Below are positions 33,601 to 47,271 of a DNA stretch of 47,303 nucleotides, one piece after another. The stretch's first letter is position 1, and each line of letters begins with the position of its first letter. Both the position numbers and the translations under genes were made by a program. The stretch covers positions 49,193,763 through 49,241,065 of the forward strand of contig NC_068998.1 of the NCBI RefSeq assembly GCF_001194135.2. Reading direction: 5' to 3'. The stretch is from Octopus bimaculoides (taxonomy: Eukaryota). The notes beneath the pieces were generated by a model. The model made no database searches. It saw only the letters and a program-made list of their open reading frames with translations, and had not been told where the DNA came from.

Positions 33601-34537
33601 GCATACATAAATATGCATACATATGTACACATATATATATATATATACATATATATACATATATGCATATATATACATATATCTATATATATACATATAT
33701 ACAGATATTTATATACATATACAAATATAAACACATACACGCACGCACACACACATCCATACATATATATATATATACATATATATGTATATATATATAT
33801 ATATATTACTCTCACCTCACCTAATTACCAGAGAGAAAATAGAAATTGAATTACATGAAAGTCAAGTCTGACTCCAGAATCGGGGTTTTCTAAATATATA
33901 AACAATACAAGAATACCCGAATGTATAATTTCCGTTCTAAGTTTTCCTTTCCAGAAACTTCAAGGACTTTAATTCTTGCCTCAGGGGAATTTCCGAAACA
34001 TGTGTACAATATTTCAGGGATATGGAATACAGCAGGTGCCCGGTAAGTAGTTGCCTTGCGTTCACTATATTTCCGTTAAAAAATGATCGACTGAGAAATG
34101 GACGATTTTAAAATCATTGTTTTAGTTTCAAAATCTAAACCTTAAATCACTCCTGATGGAACAATCGAGCGAAGAAAAACGAATTATATTTAACTCTCAA
34201 TGCAATACTAAATAATGGGGTATAGGACGTACAGCGATTGAAATAAACGTGATAAACAATCATGGTTGCAGTAATTTTAATTGCTTTTAACAATCTATTT
34301 TGTAATATCTGTAATCGATTGTTGTATCATGGTTTCTATACTCAGTAGAGGATAACTTTTCACATGGGAATATGATTGAAAATCTATTTTTTGTTTTGAA
34401 ACTAATTTTTCACAATAATTCGAATTATTTTTCAGAATAATTCTCCGCCGGGGAAGGTATTGTGGAACATAGTTGGAGTAAGCAAAATATTTCTACTGCC
34501 GCTGAGTCTTCAATATATGACAACCAACTCGATTTGA
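30391..34537 (+). CDS. P6: paralog, 107 aa; join(30391..30427,33008..33104,33955..34042,34436..34537)
   Basis: [107 protein letters not shown]. All three donors are gtaagt, and no N gap lies within the gene span. Confidence 0.9.
31075..31960 (+). mobile_element. Degenerate CR1/L2-like LINE ORF2 apurinic-endonuclease fragment in P6 intron 1
   Basis: Reads LLNVRG..., [36 protein letters not shown] (GDFNLP.INW-like), [12 protein letters not shown] and NFNKADW. These are ordered APE-domain motifs broken by stops and frameshifts. Confidence 0.85.
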
Positions 34538-36991
34538 AGTATATATGTCTTTTTAACTCTCTACAATACTCTCACAACATATCTTTAGTAAACACCACAT
34601 ATTTGTTATTAGTAACATAGCATGGTAAACCATTTCAATATGGCTACAATAACGGTAACGTAGGCATAAAATATAATGCAATGCCCCAAGAACGCAAAAT
34701 GGCATATTATAACGACCTAACTGAAATAGTAGTGTTCACAGTAAAATACATCCGTCAGCTACGTATTAAAATTTCCTTGTTTGAAAAAGTTGAAAGATGG
34801 TTCAATATAAGGACTGTTTTAGAAAATTACATTAAGAAACCGAGTAGTTACAATAACATAGAATTTCACAGTAAGCATAGGAATTAGAATTGTGAGAATG
34901 AGTTGATAGTTTCATAATACGGATACGCTAGATTTATCCCTTCAGCAATATTTTGAATATATTTTAATATCATACATAAGTATCTTTATAAAGCTTATGA
35001 TATAATATTTATGGCGCTACATGTTCGTTGCGAATAAAATTGTAATCGAAAAATTTCCAATGACAATGTTGATTATTACGCGTATATATTTGAAAAGAAT
35101 GTTTTTTAGAATGGGATTCTCTAGTTTCCTTCATATGAACAATGATCTTAAGACTGCTGGATTGGTAATTCCTGTAGTTATTCTAGATCAACCATTACCA
35201 GCATCTGCGTGCGTAAATGGAATCTAACAACAATACAACCAAACCTACGCCAAAGTTAGGGCATACAATCAATAAAATCACGAGTTAAAGATAGTGTGTC
35301 GGATATGTACAAGAAAGTGTATCTATCCAAACAAACCACTTCGTAAGTTAATTAGAAATATCTCCAAGCATACCGTATATGTTTTTAAAAAATACAACAT
35401 ACACTGCGGATCGATAAAACAATCTAACTTATATCCTCATAAATAACATAAAATTAGATGTGGCCCTGACTAATATATTTTGTGTCCATATCATCGATAA
35501 AAACATAGGCCAATCGAAAATTCATAGAAGTGGTAAGCGTAGCACAATGAAACTTCTCATTAGTAAAAAGGCCCTTCTAATTTACAATACATTATTGTTT
35601 TTATTAAATTTTGAATTTCAAAACTTTTCTTCCATTTACAGGTTAACAGCCAGTCAGTGTTTGGAGCTGCTATTGTAACTCTCTTACTTACATATACATA
35701 AGTATTTGTTATGGCACTAGAAGTACGTATGTCTATTAATTTGAAAAAATTATTCAATGAGATAAGCCATGAAAACAGGATTCAATTATTACAAGAGAAC
35801 GACTTGACTACATATGTGTACAATTTCGTACGTGACATTAAGGATATCTAATAATGTCCTACACTGTACTCTTTAAATATAGATTAAATTATCTTCTTGA
35901 TATTTCAACGACTTTTACTGCGTCAGCTTTTGTAATTTTCAAATCGTTTTAAATGTAACATACGAAGTATTTACCGCGGATGAAAATGTTGTCAAAGAAG
36001 CAGAATCAATAATGGTAAGAAAAAGATAAATTGTTTGACGCTGCCATGTAAACCTCAAATTGTACCTAAATTGAGATTCCGCATTATAGATCGTGTAGTA
36101 TGATGAAACAGAAATAGTACATTAAGTACACCCACACGAGATACTATGACCTATATTTTCGAAATAAAACCTTCTAGGACAATACATACATTTGCGTGCA
36201 CGTATATATCGGGTGATTCAATGTTAATTTAATAATAATTCTGCTTATATAAAGATGTGATGCATTTCACTTTCAAAGAAGTATTTAAAATCTGTGGCAA
36301 AGCACAACTGGGACGAAAGCAATGATGTCTTCCATTTGCGATCCTGTATTTCATGTGGTGATAAAGAGCATAGCTGTAGGAATATCTGTTATAGTACGAT
36401 TAATCTATATTTAGATTTGTAACTGTAATTTTCGGGTCATTCAAATATTATCGGTAAAATCTATATAAAAATGGTTTTGTGCTTACACCTACAACGCAAA
36501 ATAAATTATCACCATCCCTCTTATATTTTATAAACTCACAAATTCGAAACAATGACTATTAGTCAACTCATGCCAACCCTATCACATAAAGATTAATAGA
36601 CATTATAATCTAGTGAAAAGAATTTATACCATAGTTTCGGGTACCAATGTACGTGAATGAAGACTCCGTGAACTTAATTGAACATTAATCTGAAGACATT
36701 ACCCAACATCATTTGAAAGATGAAGAGATTAAACGAGCAAAGAAATATTTATACAAACATTAAAATAAATCCCATATGTTTCCACACATCACCCTATATA
36801 CTTTATAGCAGAGACTCCATCTATGTATATCTGAAGAAGGAATTGTATTCCGAAATATCATCGGACTATAGATAACTTAATTACAACAGGTATATAGTCC
36901 ATCTTTTGTATTATAGTGCATTGTTGTACCATTCAACACTTTTTATTCTTTACAAACAATGTACAATGCTTCCAGCGAACTACAATACTCT

Positions 36992-37022
<31 letters not shown>

Positions 37023-37267
37023 NNNNNNNNNNNNNNNNNNNNNNNNNNNNNNNNNNNNNNNNNNNNNNNNNNNNNNNNNNNNNNNNNNNNNNNNNNNNNN
37101 NNNNNNNNNNNNNNNNNNNNNNNNNNNNNNNNNNNNNNNNNNNNNNNNNNNNNNNNNNNNNNNNNNNNNNNNNNNNNNNNNNNNNNNNNNNNNNNNNNNN
37201 NNNNNNNNNNNNNNNNNNNNNNNNNNNNNNNNNNNNNNNNNNNNNNNNNNNNNNNNNATATATATAT

Positions 37268-37482
37268 ACCGAGCAAAGCCTTGCGATTAGATTTGGTGGA
37301 CGGATGATTAGCGTTATACCATCTGCCTTTACGTTCTGAGTTCAAATTCCACGGATGTCGACTTTGCCTTTCATGATTTCAGGGTCGATAAATTAAGTAC
37401 CAGTCGCATACTGGTGACGATCTAAACGACTGGCCCGCTGCACAAAATCTTCGGGGTTTGTGCCTAGTGCAGAAATGAATAT
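37268..37482 (+). mobile_element. Same SINE in the P7 upstream region
   Basis: gagttcaaattccacggatgtcgactttgcctttcat...gggtcgataaattaagtaccagt...gaaatgaatatt. Confidence 0.75.
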
Positions 37483-37733
37483 TGTTCTTCGTTCACTTAG
37501 TACGGGTGCACAGAAATACCACAATTTTCTGTAAAATTATCTTTTATACACCTGTCGTCTTCGTGAATGTACAAGAATAATTATATGAAAATGTTATATG
37601 GCTTTGCATGTCATTAATCAAATTTATATGCTTTCTCTGCCAATTGAAACACTTGCCACATCATATTTAATTAAACTAGATATTTCCACGTGCAAGTCGA
37701 CAAAGTACGAGGTGTTCATCACGAAAGTTGATA

Positions 37734-40700
37734 ATGAAATATTTTATCATTTTTGTCTTCCTCATTTTCCGTAAGTAGCTATATGGAAATTATTTTGTAA
37801 TGGAAAAAAGAAAAAAAAAGGTCACAACAGAGGCGATGCAAACCCGGTGTGAAGATAAATTGTTTTGCAAAATATCGTCTGGCTTACAATGCGTTGCTTA
37901 TGCATGGTTTTTATTGAGATAAATTAGGCTTTGGAAACGTTTAAGTAAACTTGCCTATCGGGAAATTTGTAAGTTCTATTTATTTTTTGTGTTTTAAGTA
38001 TTACAATTATTGGAATACTCCGATGAAATCAAGAAATCAACTCGGGAATAAACGAATCCTCGATTCCATCACTACAAACACACACGCACACGCAGAGTCG
38101 CAAATGTATGTATTTATATATGCTTGAAGATAATCAAACCAAAATTTCATCATTTCGAACCACTTCACCAATGATTATTTCAACTAAATTTGGTGAATAT
38201 CCATTCAACTCTTTTTTTGTTCTAGTAATTTTTGCAAATACACAGACAAACATGTTAAGATGAGTGATTACAATAATCTGCTTTCGCTTATGCGCGCTTG
38301 ATAGTAGTTGTTCCTATTTGTGCACAGAATATAGATATGACATACAGGATGTGGTACTATATCTATTTTGTCTCAACAAATTTCACTTTCTTTCTTTTTA
38401 TACGCACACACATGAATACATACATACATACATACATATATACATAGATAAATGCATACATACATGCATACTTACAAAGCTATATTGATACATACATATA
38501 TACATAGATAAATGCNNNNNNNNNNNNNNNNNNNNNNNNNNNNNNNNNNNNNNNNNNNNNNNNNNNNNNNNNNNNNNNNNNNNNNNNNNNNNNNNNNNNN
38601 NNNNNNNNNNNNNNNNNNNATATATATATATATATATATATACATAAGTATATATTTACTAGAAACTGCCAGGCACAGAATCTTTGAATATTCTTAAGTA
38701 TTCAACCTGTACTAATGAAGCAGTTACTAAGATGGCGACAGTACAAGACAAGAATGTATAAAACTTAAAAGAATGCTGCTGTAGTTGGAATTTGAGAAAA
38801 GAATATTTATAAGGCGTTCATTGTTTTTTATTATTATTATTTCCTTGTTTAAGATAAAATACTTAAGGAGCTATTTATTTTCAGTTTTAGTAAAAAGTAT
38901 AAGTGCCTTAATAGTTTCACATTGAAAATTTTACATTACAAATTTATAGATTTAAGATAATCAAGCAATAGCAATTAAAGTAATATTGATAATTAAATCA
39001 CATAAGTTTTACACAAAATATAGGAAGACATTTTTATTTATTGCGCCCAATTAAAATACAGTAAAATCTCGCAGTACTATTACAACGTTGTACGAGTAAT
39101 TTGCTCTACAATCCAAGGTTCGTGTAAATTTTTGTCTTGAAACACAGGCGGAAAATCACAGTATGATCACACAAATCGTCCTATCTTTAGGGTAATTCGT
39201 TTAATAAACAAGTTTACACATTTCTTTTATATCCGCCTTTCTTTTTATAATTGTCACTATACTTGTAACTACACCATTTCTGTTTTAAAACACAGAAAAT
39301 TATTATTGATTGAATTTTGTGTGAAGGAACGGATTAATCGTATTTTAGTTAATTTCAATGTGGAAAATTGATTTGTAAAACAAGTGATTTGTAAGACGAG
39401 CTCGGTCATGGAACGAATTAAACTCATACTGCGTGGAATAACTGTATTTTTCTAAGTGTAAATATAAAACATTTTGTTATATGAATAAAGATAACTTTAA
39501 AGAATTTAATACTTTTGTTACTATAGAAACATGTTTTACTGATTTTACTCTTTTGTACATACGGGGTGATATCAAGCAGTTCTCGGACTACATCTGCAGC
39601 GCGGCAGCAGATGACAGGTTACAGATGCGTGCGCGGTGAGGGCTAGAACTCATCTTCATAAAGTAATGTCCGAGTTAATTCACTGTGTTTACTTCGCAAA
39701 TCGCGACATTTGCGTTTTTGTGATCTCGTTTATGATGTATTTGATATTTCGTCATGGACAGAAAGCTGGAACAAAGGGCAAATAGTTTGCCCAAATAGTT
39801 TGGCATCAACGTCCATTTCTCTCCCTGTATCAGCCTGTTATCGGTGTCTTTTCTCTTCCTCTTCTGATACAAAGGTTTCAACTATAGTCGCATATTTCCT
39901 TCCTCTTGTAAAGAAAGTTATCCTCTCTATTTGTTCCTCCAAGATTTCCTCTTTCTCTTCCAGCGGTGCGTGTTCTATTCTCCTATTTACATTCGAAAAT
40001 GTTCTGAATATGACCGTCTTGTTTTCCAGTTTTCTTTTTTTCTCCAGGGTCATTTTTATAGTTGACCCCTCTTTCTTTATCATGCCACAATATTTGGTTA
40101 TCTTCTCCTAATTCCAATCCAACATCTCCGGCTTCAGCACACGTGGATCTAGGGGAACTCGACCTCCAGTAGCTTCCGCATAACTTTTCATTTTTTTTCA
40201 ATAATTCACTACCACCCAACGATAGTGGCTTCGCACAAAAATTCCGCTTAAACTTCTTCAAAAGCCAACACAAGGGCGTGGCTTGGTAGCGTCAATGCAT
40301 TTTCGCCTTTCAAAACTTATAGAATTTCAAGTGAAATAAATTCACCGATCTACAAATTTAGAAATATTGAATTTCTAAATCTCTCCAGGAGACACACAAT
40401 GCAGTACGATAAAGTGGTGGTTTGTTTCCGACTTAATTTGGCAGTATTGGGACTGCCACATTATACATTGTCGATGAAAATCCTGGTAAACAAATGGAGG
40501 TCTATGCCGAACGACATTACGTATCAGAAACGTGATGAACGAGTTCATTCGATTTAAGGCGTGTTTTCTGATGTGTCGATATTATGTCAGCTGATAAACA
40601 CAATACACAATTGTCACAAATACTCGACCAGAAGGATACTGAAACGACTTCACCACATCCAAGAATACACCAAACACCACATCCAAGAATACACCAAACA

Positions 40701-41698
40701 CCACATCAAAAAAACCATATGTATAATCTGTATCATATGAATTCCTAACGACCTAAAATGATTTGTAATTTAACAAAAAAAAAAATTTCGGAATAATCAT
40801 TTAAACATTCACTATAGAAACCTCACTTATTTTAGGCGTAATGTCATCGAAGCTGGATTGCAGTAAACTTGCAAATGATAAATGTCCTGGCTACTATAAA
40901 GATTTTGAAGTCAGTCATGAGGGATTCTGCAGGTAAATATAATTATATTTACAAGTGTATATGATTTTACTTTGGGTATTAGTATGCATTTAATATTTAT
41001 ACAATTGCATATTGAGAAATATTTCCTTTTATAAAACTATTACCTAAATGCTAGATGTATATAGAATCATGTCAATGAACCTGAATATGTCCTTTGATTA
41101 ATATAGCAAATCTCCATGCACAATTCAATATAAACACCATTTTGTTTTTAAACTAGCACCGGCAAAAATGCACTTTGCGCTACTAATTATCTAACGTGGT
41201 TGACCGGGATATTAGTGGTTAACACACACGCACACGTGCACACACACACATGCACACACAGACGTACACACACTCAGAGACGCATACACACACATACACA
41301 TATATATATAGCAATAATTACTGTCAAGCATTGTGTAGAATATATTCTAGAAATGATCGCGGGTAAGGCCAAAAAATGCGAAGTAAATGCAAGGTAAAAT
41401 CACAAGAAAACAAATATGTGAATTAACGTAGGGCTTAACTTGTATTCAATATTTCGGGGTTATGAACCCATCTACTCACGTTCACACACACATCGGCAAC
41501 ATTTCTGAATTTCTTGAGGGTAGGGTCATAACCCCAAAATATGGAATACAAGGTAAGTCTACGCTAATTGAAATATGTTTTCTGGTGATTTACTTTGCAT
41601 TTACTTCCCATTGTTTTGGCCTTACCCGCGAACTTTTATACAACACACACACACACACATATACACATATACATATATATATATATACATACATATAT

Positions 41699-41739
<41 letters not shown>

Positions 41740-42470
41740 NNNNNNNNNNNNNNNNNNNNNNNNNNNNNNNNNNNNNNNNNNNNNNNNNNNNNNNNNNNNN
41801 NNNNNNNNNNNNNNNNNNNNNNNNNNNNNNNNNNNNNNNNNNNNNNNNNNNNNNNNNNNNNNNNNNNNNNNNNNNNNNNNNNNNNNNNNNNNNNNNNNNN
41901 NNNNNNNNNNNNNNNNNNNNNNNNNNNNNNNNNNNNNNNNNNNNNNNNNNNNNNNNNNNNNNNNNNNNNNNNNNNNNNNNNNNNNNNNNNNNNNNNNNNN
42001 NNNNNNNNNNNNNNNNNNNNNNNNNNNNNNNNNNNNNNNNNNNNNNNNNNNNNNNNNNNNNNNNNNNNNNNNNNNNNNNNNNNNNNNNNNNNNNNNNNNN
42101 NNNNNNNNNNNNNNNNNNNNNNNNNNNNNNNNNNNNNNNNNNNNNNNNNNNNNNNNNNNNNNNNNNNNNNNNNNNNNNNNNNNNNNNNNNNNNNNNNNNN
42201 NNNNNNNNNNNNNNNNNNNNNNNNNNNNNNNNNNNNNNNNNNNNNNNNNNNNNNNNNNNNNNNNNNNNNNNNNNNNNNNNNNNNNNNNNNNNNNNNNNNN
42301 NNNNNNNNNNNNNNNNNNNNNNNNNNNNNNNNNNNNNNNNNNNNNNNNNNNNNNNNNNNNNNNNNNNNNNNNNNNNNNNNNNNNNNNNNNNNNNNNNNNN
42401 NNNNNNNNNNNNNNNNNNNNNNNNNNNNNNNNNNNNNNNNNNNNNNNNNNNNNNNNNNNNNNNNNNNNNN

Positions 42471-42505
<35 letters not shown>

Positions 42506-43253
42506 TAAAACCGACTGAATTACCAGGGAGACAATACATATTGAATTCCATGGAAATGGAGTCTGACGCAAGGATTGGGATTTTACAAATATATAAACAA
42601 TACAAAAATATCCGAAAGTATAATGTTCATTCATAATTTTACTTTCCAGTAACTTTGAAGGATTTGTAAAGTGCATGATGAGATTTACCTATGTGTGTTT
42701 AGAGCATTTTAAAGACATCCATTATTGGAAGTGCGTGGTAAGTATCTTGCATTGTGTTTGCTATATTTCCATTTAAAATTATCGACTGAAAATTAACGAT
42801 TTAAAAAGTATAGATTTATTTAAAAGATCTAAACAATCATTTATTTCCATTGCATCACCCTTGAAGGAACAATCGAACGAAGAAAGAACGAATATCATTT
42901 AGCAATGATTTTTTTTCAATTCAATACTAAATACTTGGACATAGGGTGTACCGCGATGAAATAAACGTAATGAACGGCCACGGTTGAAGTAATTTTTATA
43001 ACATTTGACAATCTATTTGACAATCGATTTGTAATCGATTGTAGTATTATGACTTCTATATTCAGTAGAGGATAATTTTTGACATAGGAATATGCTAGAA
43101 ATCTATTATTGGTTTTAAAACTAAGGTTTCAAAATTCAACATATTTTTCAGAGTGAACCACCGCCGGTGATGGCATTGGGCAACACAGTTAGGGTAAGCA
43201 AAATTTTTCTACTGCCGCTCAGTCTTCAATATATGACAACCATGTCGATTTGA
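37734..43253 (+). CDS. P7: paralog, 107 aa; join(37734..37770,40836..40932,42650..42737,43152..43253)
   Basis: [107 protein letters not shown]. Canonical splice sites; exon sizes match P6 (37/97/88/102). Confidence 0.85.
39057..39446. mobile_element. Tigger/pogo-like non-autonomous DNA element
   Basis: Bounded by TA-CAGTAAAATCTCG and GCGTGGAATAACTG-TA (degenerate CAGT...ACTG ends with TA duplication). The internal gtaagacgagctcggtcatggaacgaattaaactc tract is typical of such MITEs. Confidence 0.5.
39690..40290 (-). mobile_element. Probable degenerate retrotransposon ORF1/gag-like fragment in P7 intron 1
   Basis: Overlapping, codon-like, K/E-rich minus-strand ORFs (KKRKLENKTVIFRTFSNVNRRIEHAPLEEKEEILEEQIERITFFTRGRKYATIVETF). 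Absent from paralogous introns. No diagnostic motif was recognised. Confidence 0.35.
40651..40707. repeat. 24-nt tandem duplication CACCACATCCAAGAATACACCAAA x2 plus a partial copy
   Basis: Read directly. Confidence 0.85.
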
Positions 43254-45226
43254 TGTATATGTCTTTTTAATTCACTAAAATTCTATCGCAAAATATCTGT
43301 TGTAAACGCCACTCCCTATTTGTTATTAGTAACAGAGTATGGTAAACCATTTCAATGTGACTACAAGAACGGTAACGCAAACAAGAATATAATGGAATGC
43401 TTCCGGAACGCAAAATGTCATATTGTAACTTTCTATCTCAGATAGAAGTGTTCGCAGTAAAATACATGCTTCAGTAATTATTAAATATTCCTTGTTTGAG
43501 AAAGTTAAAAGATGGTTTCAATGTAAGGGATATTTTGGAGAATTACATTAAGAGACCGTTGTAGCTACTCTAACATAGAATTTCACAGTAAGCATAAGAA
43601 TTAGAATTATGAAAATGAGTTGATTGTTTTATAATAGGTATACCCTAGATTTACCGCCGCACCAATATTTTGAATGTATTTTAGTAATGTACATATGTAT
43701 AATCTTTATAATACATATGATATAATATTTATGGCGCTACATGTTCGTTGCGAATAAAATTGTCATCGAAAAATTTTCAATGACAATGTTGATTATTTCG
43801 CGTATATATTTGAAAGAATGTTTCTTAATAATGGGATTGTGTAGTTTCCTTCATATGAACAATGATCTTAAGACTGCTGGATTGGTAATTCCTGTAGTTA
43901 TTCTAGATCAACCATTACCAGCATCTGCGAGCGTAAATGGAATCTAACAACAATACAACCAAACCTACGCCAAAGTTAGGGCATAAAATCAATAAAATTA
44001 CGAGTTAAAGATAGTGTGTCGGATATGTACAAGAAAGTGTATCTATCCAAACAAACCACTTCGTAAGTTAATTAGAAATATCTCCAAGCATACCGTATAT
44101 GTTTTTAAAAAATACAACATACACTGCGGATCGATAAAACAATCTAACTTATATCCTCATAAATAACATAAAATTAGATGTGGCCCTGACTAATATATTT
44201 TGTGTCCATATCATCGATAAAAACATAGGCCAATCGAAAATTCATAGAAGTGGTAAGCGTAGCACAATGAAACTTCTCATTAGTAAAAAGGCCCTTCTAA
44301 TTTACAATACATTATTGTTTTTATTAAATTTTGAATTTCAAAACTTTTCTTCCCTTTACAGGTTAGCAGCCAGTCAGTGTTTGGAGCTGCTATTGTAACT
44401 CTCTTACTTACATATACATAAGTATTTGTTATGGCACTAGAAGTACGTATGTCTATTAATTTGAAAAAATTATTCAATGAGATAAGCCATAAAAACAGGA
44501 TTCAAATATTACAAGAGATCGACTTGTCTACATATGTGTACAATTTCGTACGTGACGTTAAGGATATCTAATAATGTCCTACACTGTACTCTTTAATTAT
44601 AGATTAAATTATCTTTTTAATATTTCAACGACTTTTACAACGTCAGTTTTTAATCTTCAAATCGCTTTAAATGTAACATTCGAATTATTCACCCTGGATG
44701 AAAATGGTACCATACAAGCAGAATCAATAATGGTAAAAAAGGGAGAAATTGTTTTACGCCTCATTATAAGCCTCAAATTGCACATTAATTCAGATTTAGC
44801 ATTATGGATCGTGAAGTTTGATCAAACAGAAATAGTACATTAAGTACACCCACAGGAGATACTATGACCTATATTTTTGAAATAAAACCTTCTAGGACAA
44901 TACATACATTTGCGTGCACGTATATATTTGGTGATTCAATGTTAATTTAATAATAATTCTGCTTATATAAAGATATGATGCATTTCACTTTCAAAGAAGT
45001 ATTTAAAATCTGCGGCAAAGCACAACTGGGATGAAAGCAATGATGTCTTCCATTTGCGATCCTGTATTTCATGTGGTGATAAAGAGCATAACTGTAGGAA
45101 TATCTGTTATAGTACGATTAATCTATATTTAGATTTGTAACTGTAATTTTCGGGTCATTTAAATACTATGGGTAAAATTTATATAAAATGATTGTGTGCA
45201 TTAATAGAATATACATACATACATAC

Positions 45227-45277
<51 letters not shown>

Positions 45278-45734
45278 NNNNNNNNNNNNNNNNNNNNNNN
45301 NNNNNNNNNNNNNNNNNNNNNNNNNNNNNNNNNNNNNNNNNNNNNNNNNNNNNNNNNNNNNNNNNNNNNNNNNNNNNNNNNNNNNNNNNNNNNNNNNNNN
45401 NNNNNNNNNNNNNNNNNNNNNNNNNNNNNNNNNNNNNNNNNNNNNNNNNNNNNNNNNNNNNNNNNNNNNNNNNNNNNNNNNNNNNNNNNNNNNNNNNNNN
45501 NNNNNNNNNNNNNNNNNNNNNNNNNNNNNNNNNNNNNCCTAAATTTGGAACTAATATTCAAATGGCTTCCATTTCTCCATGTCATCTGATATTTTCTCAA
45601 TTACAACATGAATATATATGCTCTCCAGCGACGTTGAATGGTCTGAAATTCAAGAAATGTTTCCTTAAAAAATAGATAAATAATAGTGGTTAAATTTAGG
45701 CCGAACACATTGTATGTGTAGTATTGTTTTTCGT

Positions 45735-45870
45735 TTCCGCCGAGGTCGACTTTGCCTTTTATCCCTTCAGGATCGATAAATTATGTACCAGTTGCGTGCT
45801 GGGGTCGATCTAATCGACTGACCCCTTCACCCAAAAATTCGGGCCTTGTGCCTCGAGTTGAAACGAATGT
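45735..45870 (+). mobile_element. Same SINE, 5'-deleted, in the P8 upstream region
   Basis: ttccgccgaggtcgactttgcc...gatcgataaattatgtaccagtt...gaaacgaat. Confidence 0.75.
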
Positions 45871-46116
45871 GTACGGCTGCACACAAATATCACACAAGTA
45901 TCACAATTTTCTGTAGAATTAATTTTTATAAACCTGTCGTGTTGGTGAAAGTAGAAGAATAGAAATATTAGAATGTATTATGTCATTGATCAAATTCACA
46001 TGCTGTCTCTGTCAGTTGAGACATATGTCACATCATATTTAATAATAATAAATATTTCCAGAATAATAGATATTTCCAGAATCTCCAGAATACGGCGTTC
46101 GTCACGAAATTAGACA

Positions 46117-46153
46117 ATGAAGTATTTTATCATTTTTGTCTTCCTCATTTCCC
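46117..46153 (+). CDS. P8: exon 1 (MKYFIIFVFLIS+c|gtaagt) of a further paralog, presumably continuing beyond the window
   Basis: 37-nt exon with the conserved upstream block. Downstream intron sequence matches intron 1 of P7 (about 37770-38480) and P6 (about 30430-30960). Confidence 0.7.
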
Positions 46154-47271
46154 GTAAGTAGTTATATGGAAATTACTTTGTAATGAGAAAAAAAAAAGGC
46201 ACTCGAGGTGCGATGCAAACCCTGCGCGCTGATAAATGATTAGGTAAGTTATTGTGTGGTTTACAATGCGTTGCTTATCCATGGTTTTTAATTGAATTGA
46301 ATGAAGCTTTGGGAGCGTTTCATTGAACTTGCTTATCGGGTAATTTGTAACTTCGATTTAATTTTTGTGCTTTAAGTATAACTACGATAAACATACTCTT
46401 CTGAAATTAAGAAATCAACTGGTAAATAAATGAAAAAAACTCGAATCCATCACTGTAGACACACACGCGCACACACAATCGCAAATGTATGTATGCTTGT
46501 ATGTATGTATGTTTGAAGATAATCAAACCAACATTTCATCATTTCGAACCACTCATCCAATGATTTTATTTTTGCCGAATTTGGTGAATATCCATTTAAC
46601 CGTTTTTTCCCCAAGAATTTTGTCAAACACGTAAAGAAACAGACTAGTACGAGTGATTCCGTTAACCTAATTTGTCTTAGGCGCTCATGGCAATAGTTGT
46701 TCGTATTTGTGCGCAAAATGTAGATATGATATACGGGATGTAGCGCTATATCCATTTAGCCTCAACTATCTTTTAATTCTCCCTTTTCATGCATGCACAC
46801 ATGAATTCATCCATACATACATACTTACTTACAAAAATATATAGATACAGACACATACACGCACACACACACAGCTATATTAAATCTCTGAGCTAGATGT
46901 AGACAGTAGCAATATGGAAATGTAACATATACTTGCCTACCAAATGCGGTGTCCCATACGGACTGTGCTACTAGCGTTTATAGCTTCAATAAGACGTCTC
47001 CTCCAGCTAACAAGACACATTCTATTTCCGATTAATATTTGCGAGGGAAGGTCATCGCCACCTCCCTATCATTTCGTGTTACACACAGATTCGAGTATCT
47101 TGGTGGTAACCCGTCCTCAACGTATCTTAATGACTAGCTAGTGTATAACACGGAAAGCCAGGAATAGGAGCGATATCCTCCCCTCGCAAATACCAATCGG
47201 ACACAGAATGTGTGTCGTTAGTGAGCACGCCAGTAGCACTCTGCCGTATGGGACAGCACACTCGGTTGGCA

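Noticed and set aside
38430-38515. Direct duplication tacatacatatatacatagataaatgc next to an N gap
   Set aside because: It abuts a gap in low-complexity sequence and is probably a contig-end assembly artefact.
35021-44477. Near-identical ORF pairs (35021/43741, 35460/44180, 35560/44280)
   Set aside because: Explained by near-identical non-coding flanks. No splice structure or recognisable protein features.
44574-44843. 89-aa ORF with an aligned counterpart near 35900-36125 and a possible donor (ataatg|gtaa)
   Set aside because: The P6-side copy has a frameshift and several stops, and no consistent acceptor was found. Treated as non-coding flank.
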